A stretch of 61,894 bases of DNA, filler included, from Dimorphilus gyrociliatus (lineage: Eukaryota; Animalia; Annelida): the NCBI GenBank assembly GCA_904063045.1. It is 5 parts of 5 records of this genome, joined end to end, with 100 filler letters (N's around TTAATTAATTAA, not from the genome) between each part and the next. Parts side by side here need not be neighbours in the genome. Positions count along the whole stretch, not along the records: positions 1 to 17,659 come from CAJFCJ010000215.1; positions 17,760 to 33,311 come from CAJFCJ010000232.1; 3 more parts are not named here. The stretch is one strand, 5' to 3'. The notes beneath the pieces are model-generated. The model was not told the DNA's origin. It searched no databases and saw only the letters and a program-made list of their open reading frames with translations. Positions within the stretch are counted from its first letter, which is position 1. Every line of letters starts with the position of its first letter. Shown here in pieces: positions 12,458 to 23,700 of this stretch. The position numbers and the translations under genes are program-made.

Positions 12458-12962
12458 AAAATTCAGAAAAACTATATTTTTAATTAAAATCATAATATCT
12501 ATTAAATTTACCTTATAATGTTGATAAAATCTCTAAAAAAATACCCCGGACACTTTTTGTCAGCCATTGACACTTATCCATTTTTTTCCTATTAATTTAT
12601 TAAAGGAGACCCCTATTAAATTACCAGGACACTTTTTGTCACGAAGCTCTTACTCTTTTTAGTAAATTTATAATTGAAAAAAAAATAAAAAAGTTTACAA
12701 ATCACTTTATTTTTATAAATAAATGCTATTTAAGGCCGGACACTTTTTGCAACCCGGACACTTTATGCTACAACAACAATTAGTCTCTTTTGTAGAAATA
12801 CCATACTTACTACGTAAACTATCAATGTTATTTATTATTTTATGATTATTGATATGACATTTCCAATCTTCTACAGCGCTTTTATCTAAAAAGTAGAAAA
12901 ATACCGCGTTAGGCGGATTTAGTACTTCTCTATTATTTTCAATACTTATTTCTCTGTATATA

Positions 12963-15243
12963 CAGTCTGTCTCAAAATTCTTGCAAACCCTATTTTAATA
13001 CAAACTTTTAATACCAAAATTTCTGAAACTTAATATTTGAAACAATCACCATAATATGAATAAATTTATTGTTTATTATATTTTTTAATCTACAAAAATG
13101 ACGGGGTTTTATCAATTTGTGATTAAAAGTGTCTCAAAATTCTTGCAAAAAAACATAAATATGCTCAGAAACCATATTTAGGGAAAAAGTCTCCAGTAAA
13201 AAAGAATGAGCGTTCATGATAAAAAATGCATAAATATATTTTTTATTTTATGAAAACGACTTTTCATATCGCTAACGTTGATTTTTCCAAATTTGGAAGT
13301 TTTTGTGAATTAACGTATCATTGGTGGTTTTATGAAACCAACTTTATATCAAAATGGAGATAATAGACTTTTATAAAGACATTTGTATACATATAAATAA
13401 TAAACGTATGCAAAATTGGGGAGTTTTACAGAGAATTTCTTAATCAATTTGATGATCAATACATAAATATTGATTTTTTGATAGGGTCAAAAAAATAGAC
13501 TAAGCTCAATTAATCTAAAATATGATATGAATTATAAATATATAAATTTTTTTAAATAACAAAAGACTTTATACCTGTTTAAAGAAGTTTAATATTTTAA
13601 AGCTTTCCCCTTTTCTCTAATACATGACTTGATCCTTTTATAAAAGCTGTCAGATAGACTTACACATAAACTCACTGGTATACTATACCATATTCTTCTT
13701 ATACAAGCCTTAAGTTCATCAATATTTCGAGGGTTCGATTCAGATACACGTCTTTTTACATAATCCCAAAGGTTCTCGATGGGGTTGAGATCTGGTGATT
13801 GTGAAGGCCAAGGAACTGTTTTTATATTACGTCTCAGAAGAAAGTCTCGGGTTATTTTAGCGTTATGTTTTGGGTCATTGTCTTGTAATAAAAAATAATT
13901 ACTCATTCCCCACCTCTCACTTGATTTAATCAAATTATCTCTTAATATCTCTATATAATCAATAGCAGTCATTCTTTTTTCAATAAACTTTATTTCACCA
14001 ACACCATATAAACTAAAACACCCCCATACCATAACCGATCCTCCTCCAAACTTCACTGTTTTTATTAAATTTTTATCTTCTAAACCTTTACCATTCAACC
14101 TCCATACTTTTTGTTTACCATCATGGGATATCAAATTAAATTTCGATTCATCGCTAAATATTATCTTATTTTTAAACATTTCGTAGTCAAATAGAAGCTT
14201 TTTGCATATATCGAATCTCCTTTCTATATGTATTGGTTTTAAAAGAGGCTTCTTTATCGGAGAATGTGCATTAAACCCTCTATCATTCAAAAAGCGTTTG
14301 ATGGTATCCTTCGATAATTTAACGTTATGAGTTTCCTTTATATTTGAACTCAGTTTTCTTAAGCTTGTAAAAGGATCTTTTGTAATTTTTGAAATTATCT
14401 TTGTTGATATGTTAGAAGTGACTATCTTACACCTGCCTCTCTTTTGACTCACCTTTTTTGGCTCAATGTTATCTTTTTTTTTAACTATACGACTTATTGT
14501 TGATATTGAGCGCTTAGTTATTAGCGAGATCTGTGTCATTGACTTTCCTGCTTCATATAATCCTAAAATTTTTCCTTTTTCGATGTCTGTAAGGTTTTTT
14601 ATCATAAAAGGGGTTTAAATTTTTGTAAACAGGTATAAAGTCTTTTGTTCTTTAAAAAAATTTATATATTTATAATTCATATCATATTTTAGATTAATTG
14701 AGCTTGGTCTATTTTTTTTGACCCTATCAAAAAATCAATATTTATGTATTGATCATCAAATTGATTAAGAAATTCTCTGTAAAACTCCCCAATTTTGCAT
14801 ACGTTTATTATTTATATGTATACAAATGTCTTTATAAAAGTCTATTATCTCCATTTTGATATAAAGTTGGTTTCATAAAGCACCAATGATACGTTAATTC
14901 ACAAAAACTTCCAAATTTGGAAAAATCAACGTTAGCGATATGAAAAGTCGTTTTCATAAAATAAAAAATATATTTATGCATTTTTTATCATGAACGCTCA
15001 TTCTTTTTTACTGGAGACTTTTTCCCTAAATATGGTTTCTGAGCATATTTATGTTTTTTGCAAGAATTTTGAGACACTTTTAATCACAAATTGATAAAAA
15101 ACCGTCATTTTTGTAGATTAAAAAATATAATAAACAATAAATTTATTCATATTATGGTGATTGTTTCAAATATTAAGTTTCAGAAATTTTGGTATTAAAA
15201 GTTTGTATTAAAATAGGGTTTGCAAGAATTTTGAGACAGACTG
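12963..15243 (-). mobile_element. Tc1 DNA transposon with ~620-bp TIRs, apparently intact
   Basis: CAGTC...GACTG ends flanked by TA (12961-12962 and 15244-15245); TIRs ~12963-13581 and ~14626-15243 with few mismatches. An inner copy of GTCTCAAAATTCTTGCAAA at ~13130-13148 gives an IR/DR-like layout. Confidence 0.95.
13589..14605 (-). CDS. Tc1 transposase, DD34E
   Basis: N-terminal HTH, then IIFSDES, LQDNDPKH and DLNPIENLW, with 34 residues counted between the second D and the E. CCCC motif upstream of the ATG. Confidence 0.95.
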   Translation of the reverse strand: MIKNLTDIEKGKILGLYEAGKSMTQISLITKRSISTISRIVKKKDNIEPKKVSQKRGRCKIVTSNISTKIISKITKDPFTSLRKLSSNIKETHNVKLSKDTIKRFLNDRGFNAHSPIKKPLLKPIHIERRFDICKKLLFDYEMFKNKIIFSDESKFNLISHDGKQKVWRLNGKGLEDKNLIKTVKFGGGSVMVWGCFSLYGVGEIKFIEKRMTAIDYIEILRDNLIKSSERWGMSNYFLLQDNDPKHNAKITRDFLLRRNIKTVPWPSQSPDLNPIENLWDYVKRRVSESNPRNIDELKACIRRIWYSIPVSLCVSLSDSFYKRIKSCIREKGKALKY

Positions 15244-16192
15244 TATCTTTAGGGATGGATTTCTTTATGATAATATCAAAAGATTTTTCAAATTCCATCT
15301 TTTCAAGATATAATAAGTGTTTAGGCAGTTCATCATTTGATTCTATCAATTTACCAAATACTTCGTTTTGCTCTTAATAACCCCCGCTTCAAATTCAAAT
15401 AAACTCTTTTCGTATTGTGCTAAAAGTTCAATTGCATAATTCACCCCCTTTATTACTTTATGATATGAATCACTTATATTAGGGAGAATAGGTTTCCCTT
15501 CCTTAAAAAAACCTTTATAGATTTTAAACTGTTTTTTCTATTTCTTTTATTAAACTTTGCAATTCTTTTATATATAAAACAAATACTTTAAAACCATCTA
15601 TGATATTCATAAACAGATAGAAAAAATCGAACAAATCAACGTAATTAAAATAAAAATTCATTTGATCAATTTTGTAATTACTCTTACATTCATCTTTATA
15701 ATATTTAATATTAACACTTTTATAGTTACGAAGTATAAAGATTATACGAATCCATTTCTAAGTTGTTCTCTTTCGTCTTCTTTATATGATCTTTTATTTA
15801 CTAGAGCGCCAAAATTAACGATTACCACGGAGCTTCTCTCATTATCCGCACATTTTATAGATAATAAATTTATAAATAAATTGAAAATCATTAAGAATCA
15901 AAAGTTGATCTTATATTCTTAAAATGGATAAGTAGATGATTACAGGAGATCTCAGATTAAGTTCCTTTCGCAGAATTACATAACATTTAAACTAGAAAAT
16001 TTATGTTTTCTCATCAATTTTGAAATAACTTTCAGGTAAAATGATTTATAAGATTTACTTAATTAATGATTTAGATAAAATTTAAAAAATCAAACTAACT
16101 AAACCTTATTTATTGTTCTTGAAAAAAAATAGATTCATTATCCTATCAATTATCTTAAAAGATTAAAAATTCTATTAAAATAAAGACAAATA

Positions 16193-17169
16193 GGTAAAAT
16201 TTGCTTTGGGACGGCCTTAAAATTAAATTATTCTGCCCCCTAATGGTTTTAACACGTAGAGAACTTTATGAGAAAACAATCTGTCGTGAAAGTTTCTTGT
16301 CATGGTTGATGGATTTAAATATACCGAAAAAAAGTCATAAATGTAAAATAAACATGGGTTTAATTAATCATCATAGAGGAGATGGTTATATTTGGTCTTG
16401 TAAGTCCAAGAAGTGTAATAAAAGTAAATTATCAGTTCGTACAGGGTCTGTTTTTGCTGTAATCAAGGCCCCACTTGAAAAAATTATTTTTATTATTTAT
16501 GACTGGTGCGCTAAGACCAACTATGATAGGATTAAAAGAGAATACAACATCAATTATAAGCTATTCAGCACAGTTTTAGGTTTGATAAGACGATCCTATA
16601 AAAAAAAATAGCAAGCTGATCAGAGGGGATGGAAAAGTGGTTGAAATAAATGAAAGTGCACTAAGCAAGCGTAAATACAATATAGGAAGAGGATTAGAAC
16701 AGGTATGGGTTGTTGGAGGTATATGTAGGATAACGAAAGAGTGTTTTTTCGAAATAACCAAAAAAAAGATAGTGCATCTCTCGATAAAATAATCTTAGAT
16801 AATGTTAAAGAATATTCCGTAATCATAACGGATGAGTGGAAAGGCTATTATAACGTAAAAACACATAACTATACTCACTTTACAGTAAAGCACAAAACTG
16901 AATTTCTTTGTAAAGAAATGATGGAAGTCCACACTCAGAATATTGAAAACCAATGGAAATGGCTAAAAAAGTACCTTAAATCCCGAGGAAGTAATATAAA
17001 ATGCAATCTTAAAAATCATATTAATGATTATTTATTTCTAAAAAAATAAAATCCTTATTTAGAAATTATTAACTCGATGAAAGTTCTTGAAATAAAAAAA
17101 ATTATTTAAAAATGATGCTGGTTTAATTTTATACTCAATTTTAAGGGGGTCCCCAAAGCAAATTTTACC
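16193..17169 (+). mobile_element. Merlin (IS1016/IS1595-related) DNA transposon, disrupted
   Basis: ~32-bp TIRs GGTAAAATTTGCTTTGGG...CCCAAAGCAAATTTTACC; 8-bp imperfect TSD GACAAATA/TACAAATA (16185-16192 and 17170-17177). Transposase fragments VEINES (D to N), IITDEWKGY and HTQNIENQWKWLK, with two frameshifts at A-runs (~16600 and ~16765). Confidence 0.85.
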
Positions 17170-17337
17170 TACAAATACAAAAAGAGTGACATAAAAAAGT
17201 TCCGAGTTTTTTTGTTCACCTAAAATGTGCAATTATACTGTTTTAATTTAAATAATGATGATTAACTTTACCTTTATATATCATTATATAAATTTAGCTA
17301 TTTAAAGTAACTTTTTTAATAAAAATTAGATTAGTTA

Positions 17338-17659
17338 TCAATAATAAGAAAGGTCTTTTTCAAGTTTTATCTGTTCTCTAGCATCCTTGAATACCCAATT
17401 TTCCAAACCTTTAAGATCTTCGTATATTTTATAATCTTTAAAGCATTCATGCATATTCAAAGGGGTTTCTTTATTAGAAATGATACTTTCATAGTCTACA
17501 GCTTCCTCAAGCACTTTAAATACTTTATAACGAAAGCCATCTGTGAAAGAATAAAGCCTGGCGGATGGAGACGATCGCGATGTGTATATACCATATTTGC
17601 GATAGTATCTTTCAGGATCAAAGACTCGTATCCTATAACGCCCAATGCAATTTCTCAAA
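17338..17659 (-). CDS. Hypothetical protein, C-terminal part (cut by contig end)
   Basis: Open 106-aa frame running off the contig end; family not recognised. Confidence 0.5.
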
Positions 17660-17759
17660 NNNNNNNNNNNNNNNNNNNNNNNNNNNNNNNNNNNNNNNNN
17701 NNNTTAATTAATTAANNNNNNNNNNNNNNNNNNNNNNNNNNNNNNNNNNNNNNNNNNNN
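17660..17759. other. Artificial contig spacer (N-run/TTAATTAATTAA/N-run)
   Basis: 100-nt block with a central TTAATTAATTAA (stops in all six frames); the same design recurs at 33312-33411, 47128-47227 and 55560-55659. Confidence 0.98.
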
Positions 17760-20700
17760 TTTATACTAAAATTCAACTGATTTCCAATCAAAATGCACAT
17801 TTTAATTTATTATTTCTTGACTAAACATCAAAAAAAGCAACAGCAATAGGTTATACCAAGGCAAATAAATGTGAACAAAAATATATGTCCAGTTAAATTT
17901 TTCTACAAATATTTATTGCCTTATTTTAATAGTTTTGGAACTGGTAATGAATTGGATCATTTTGAAATAACAACTTCCTCTAACAATGGCCATGTGAAAA
18001 TAAAAAGTACTATTGATCCTGATGGTGGAAGTCACCTTCTTTCTATACATTGCAGGTAGGGACAGAAGATGATATTTCTATTTGCTAAAATCTCATACAT
18101 ACAAAATGTACATTTTATTATAAAGGTTAAAGTGACTGATGGGTCATCTACACCAGCAGCACTCACTTCTACAGCCACCATTCAGATTTCAATATTGGAT
18201 ATAAATGATAATAATCCATCATTCTCTCCAGCTCCAGCACCATACAATGTATTAAAAATCCTATACAATTATTGCTTTGCAAATTTTCTAATCAAATATT
18301 CTAAATAGTTGCCAGAAAATACTCCAGCAGGAACAACAATAATAACCCTTGTGGCCACTGATGATGATTTAATAGTGAACTAACATTTTCAGAAGGAAGT
18401 ATGTTCATTTCTTATTTTATTGTAATTTGATTTGAAAATAAAAATTTGTATTTATTCTTTCAGCTGGTGATACAAATGATAACTTTGCCATTCAAAGTGA
18501 TGAAAGATTGTTCTCCTCAAACAAATTGACTATGATACAATGGGAGTTAGCAAAATAATTAACCTCCAAGCAATTGTTAGTGATGCTCAAATACAGCAAC
18601 TGCTACTGCTCAGATTACAGTTACTGATGTGTCTGATTTAACACCAAGCTGCAACCCAGCTGCTGTATCCGCAAACATCAGTGAGACAGCATCTGTCAAT
18701 GATGCAGTTGTTCAATTGCCTGCTCTGATGATGCAGTTTAACATATTCTATTGCTAGTGGAAATACAAACACAGCATTCAATTTGTAAGTAATGAAATTC
18801 AAGTAAATGATATTGGAGCTGGTTCTACAGGTAATTTTCAATTATATTCTCAAATATAAAAACAAGGCTAATCAATGGGAAAATTTTCAGCCTTAGACTA
18901 TGATGCTGGAGTGAAAGTGTACAATTGATTTGAGTTTCTGATGGAACAATACAATCAATGTACCAGTAACAATATCAATAAATCCAGTTGATGAAGGAGC
19001 ACCAACTTTCACTAATACAGCAGTGAATGTCAATGAAAATGAGTGTTGCTTTAGTGTTGCAACTTTTGCAGCATCTGATGTTGATGCAAGTCCACACAAT
19101 GTTCAAAAGTACTCAATTACCTCAGGTTTTGTTCAATTTTTTTATCTCATATATATTACTGATGTATATAAATAGTAATAAGTAACTGATATATCTATCA
19201 TGACTTTATTTTATTTAAAATTCTATTCCAACAGGAAATAGCGAAGGAAAGTTTGTATAAATCCATCTACTGTCTTTAAAAGACACTTTAGATTATGAGA
19301 CAACCACCACATATGCTTTGACTATACAAGCAGATGATGCACTGCAACTGGAAGTGTATCTTGACAGTCAATGTTCAAGATATAAATGATAACACTCCTA
19401 GCTGTCCAAAATCTTTATACATTCCTACTGCAGTAAATGAAAATGAAGCAAGTGACACTTTGGTTTTGAATTTAACAGAATAGTGATCCTGATACTTCAT
19501 CAAATTTGGATCAATACTATGTCTATAACTGGAGATAATGGTCGATTTGCTGTATCCAACATGTTAATTAAAACTACTTCAACACCACTTGATTATGAAA
19601 GTGCAACAACTTATACTTGATTATAACATTGACCGATAATGGAGGTGTCAGTCCATCAAATACTGAACTGTTACAGCTATAGTCAATGTAATTAGAAATA
19701 ATGCAATATTCTTTTGGAAATGTATTTATTTTTTCTAAATTTCTTTTAAGGTTGCCCCAATGAATGATAATACTCCTGCATGGAGCTCAACCCCTACTGG
19801 ATCAACTATTTCAGAGAGTACAACAATTGGAACAACATTTAACATTGGCTGCCACTGATGCTGATCAGGGTCCATTGGTGATAGCTCAATTACATATTCA
19901 ATTGTCAGTGCTGAGGATCAAGGTAAGATTAGTCATCTATGAGTTTTTTTTTTAATTTCATCTATTTAAATTTAACAGCTGCAGTATCAACAATGAATCT
20001 ATTCAAAGTTGGCCATCATCTGGACATCTACAACTTGTAGCCTCATTGGATAGAGATGCAGGGTAACAGAACACCGCTTGTTGTAAAAGCAGCAGATTCT
20101 GGTGCATCAGTCCTGAGTGTGACTGCATCCTTGACACTTACAATATCAGATTATAATGAATTCACACCAACATTTGATCATTTATTATACAATACAACAG
20201 TTGCAGAAAGTGCAGCTGTTGGAACAACTGTTTTGTCATTAACTGCTTCAGATTTGGATGCAACTTCTACTTTTGCTTTCAGGTAGAATATTTTGTTTAT
20301 CATTGTAAGAGTTTAAGGAATATATATTCACAACTATTTATTGTCTTAATGACAAAAGCCAGCTTTTTCCTTTTAAAAAAATGCTTATTAATCATTTTTG
20401 TAAATATTTCTCTATATTGCAGCTATTCAAATAGTTGTAAACTTTTTTATACCCTAAATAATAAGATTTCTCTCTATTTATATTGTAAAATTTGCATGTC
20501 TTTAAAGATTTCTTTTCACTCATCAATTAATGATGAAATGACAACAATTGTTTTTACATCCAAAAATAGAAAGAATATTTCACTGTTTTAAAGATTTTCA
20601 AGCAAAAACTTCTAATTTATCAAAGCTTATCTTACCCATAATAAGATAGTACAACCAAACCCAATTATACTGAACCAATAGCTGTGTATAAGAGAACAAA

Positions 20701-23700
20701 CATTCATAGTTGTTCACCTAAAGTGGGTGAAGTTTAGTGAAAAAGGAAGAATTGAGTTTCAGAAAGGATTCATTAAAATACGACAGGTTTACCTAAACAG
20801 ACTTAATGAATTTATACTAAAATTCAACTGATTTCCAATCAAAATGCACATTTTAATTTATTATTCTTGACTAACATCAAAAAAAGCAACAGCAATAGGT
20901 TATACCAAGGCAATAAATGTGAACAAAATATATGTCCATTAAATTTTTCTACAAATATTTATTTGCCTTATTTTAATAGTTTTGGAACTGGTAATGAATT
21001 GGTCATTTTGAAATAACAACTTCTCTAAAATGCCATGTGAAAATAAAAAGTACTATGATCCTGATGGTGGAAGTCACCTTCTTTCTATACATTGCAGGTA
21101 GGGGACAGAAGATGATATTTTCTATTGCTAAAATCTCATACATACAAAATGTACATTTTATTTATAAAGGTTAAAGTGACTGATGGGTCATCTACACCAG
21201 CAGCCTCACTTCTACAGCACCATTCAGATTTCAATATTGATATAATGATATAATCCATCATTCTCTCCAGCTCCAGCACCATACAATGTATTAAAATCCT
21301 ATTACAATTATTGCTTTGCAAATTTCTAATCAAATATTCTAAATAGTTGCCAGAAAATACTCCAGCAGGAACAACAATATAACCTTGTGGCCACTGATGA
21401 TGACTTTAATAGTGAACTAACATTTTCAGAAGGAAGTATGTCATTTCTTATTTTATTGTAATTTGATTGAAAATAAGAAATTGTATTTATTTTTTCAGCT
21501 GGTGATACAAATGATAACTTGCCATTCAAAGTGATGGAAAGATTGTTCTCTCAAACAATGACTATGATACAATGGGAGTTAGCAAAATAATTAACCTCCA
21601 AGCAATTGTTAGTGATGGCTCAAATACAGCAACTGCTACTGCTCAGATTACAGTTACTGATGTGTTGATTTAACACCAAGCTGCAACCCAGCTGCTGTAT
21701 CCGCAAACATCAGTGAGACAGCATCTGTCAATGATGCAGTTGTTCAATTGTCCTGCTCTGATGATGGCAGTTTAACATATTCTATTGCTAGTGGAAATAC
21801 AAACACAGCATTCAAGTTTGTAAGTAATGAAATTCAAGTAAATGATATTGGAGCTGGTTCTACAGGTAATTTTCAATTATATTCTCAAATATAAAAACAA
21901 GGCTAATCAATGGGAAATTTTCAGCCTTAGACTATGATGCTGGAGTGAAAGTGTACAATTTGATTGTTGATGTTTCTGATGGAACTAATACAATCAATGT
22001 ACCAGTAACAATATCAATAAATCCAGTTGATGAAGGAGCACCAACTTTCACTAATACAGCAGTGAATGTCAATGAAAATGAGGTGGTTGGCTTTAGTGTT
22101 GCAACTTTTGCAGCATCTGATGTTGATGCAAGTCCACACAATGTTCAAAAGTACTCAATTACCTCAGGTTTTTGTTCAATTTTTTTATCTCATATATATT
22201 ACTGATGTATATAAATAGTAATAAGTAACTGATATATCTATCATGACTTTATTTTATTTAAAATTCTATTCCAACAGGAATAGCGAAGGAAAGTTTGTTA
22301 TAAATCCATCTACTGGAGAAGTGTCTTTAAAAGACACTTTAGATTATGAGACAACCACACATATGCTTTGACTATACAAGCAGATGATGGCACTGCAACT
22401 GGAAGTGGTATCTTGACAGTCAATGTTCAAGATATAAATGATAACACTCCTAGCTGTCCAAAATCTTTATACATTCCTACTGCAGTAAATGAAAATGAAG
22501 CAAGTGACACTTTGGTTTTGAATTTAACAGAATGTAGTGATCCTGATACTTCATCAAATTTTGGATCAATTACTATGTCTATAACTGGAGATAATGGTCG
22601 ATTTGCTGTATCCAACATGTTAATTAAAACTACTTCAACACCACTTGATTATGAAAGTGCAACAACTTATACTTTGATTATAACATTGACCGATAATGGA
22701 GGTGTCAGTCCATCAAATACTGGAACTGTTACAGCTATAGTCAATGTAATTAGAAATAATGCAATATGTTCTTTTGGAAATGTATTTATTTTTTCTAAAT
22801 TTCTTTTAAGGTTGCCCCAATGAATGATAATACTCCTGCATGGAGCTCAACCCCTACTGGATCAACTATTTCAGAGAGTACAACAATTGGAACAACATTG
22901 TTAACATTGGCTGCCACTGATGCTGATCAGGGTCCATTGGTGATAGCTCAATTACATATTCAATTGTCAGTGCTGAGGATCAAGGTAAGATTAGTCATCT
23001 ATGAGTTTTTTTTTTTAATTTCATCTATTTAAATTTAACAGCTGCAGTATCAACAATGAATCTATTCAAAGTTGGCCATCATCTGGACATCTACAACTTG
23101 TAGCCTCATTGGATAGAGATGCAGGGGTAACAGAACACCGGCTTGTTGTAAAGCAGCAGATTCTGGTGCATCAGTCCTGAGTGTGACTGCATCCTTGACA
23201 CTTACAATATCAGATTATAATGAATTCACACCAACATTTGATCATTTATTATACAATACAACAGTTGCAGAAAGTGCAGCTGTTGGAACAACTGTTTTGT
23301 CATTAACTGCTTCAGATTTGGATGCAACTTCTACTTTTGCTTTCAGGTGAGAATATTTTGTTTATCATTTGTAAGAGTTTAAGGAATATATATTCACAAC
23401 TATTTATTGTCTTAATGACAAAAGCCAGCTTTTTCCTTTTAAAAAATGCTTATTAATCATTTTTGTAAATATTTCTCTATATTGCAGCTATTCAAATAGT
23501 TGTAAACTTTTTTTATACCCTAAATAATAAGATTTTCTCTCTATTTATATTGTAAATATTTGCATGTCTTTAAAGATTTCTTTTCACTTCATCAATTAAT
23601 GATGAAATGACAACAATTGTTTTTTACATCCAAAAATAGAAAGAATATTTCACTGTTTTAAAGATTTTCAAGCAAAAACTTCTAATTTATCAAAGCTTAT

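Larger units (their letters stand above)
10932..12775 (+). mobile_element. Ginger/TDD-like DNA transposon (integrase-type, TIR-bounded), apparently intact
   Basis: Ends TGTTG...CAACA; TIRs ~10932-11256 and ~12450-12775; ACAAT direct repeat at 10927-10931 and 12776-12780. Removing the element restores colinearity with paralogue 1066-2149. Single integrase ORF, no gag or RT. Confidence 0.9.
10715..15891 (-). pseudogene. Family-A paralogue interrupted by two transposons
   Basis: Segments ~10715-10931, 12781-12960 and 15246-15891 are colinear with 1066-2149 once the two insertions are removed. There is also an in-frame TAA near 15377. Confidence 0.8.

Noticed and set aside
10932-12775. Integrase element as an LTR retrotransposon remnant or a Polinton
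   Set aside because: The flanking repeats are inverted rather than direct and there is no gag, RT or RNase H. At 1.8 kb with a 5-bp TSD and no polB, ATPase or capsid genes, it does not fit a Polinton.
17449-17715. ORFs running through N-runs (also 33356-33577) and the recurring TTAATTAATTAA palindrome
   Set aside because: These are artificial contig spacers, not biology. Adjacency across them carries no information.
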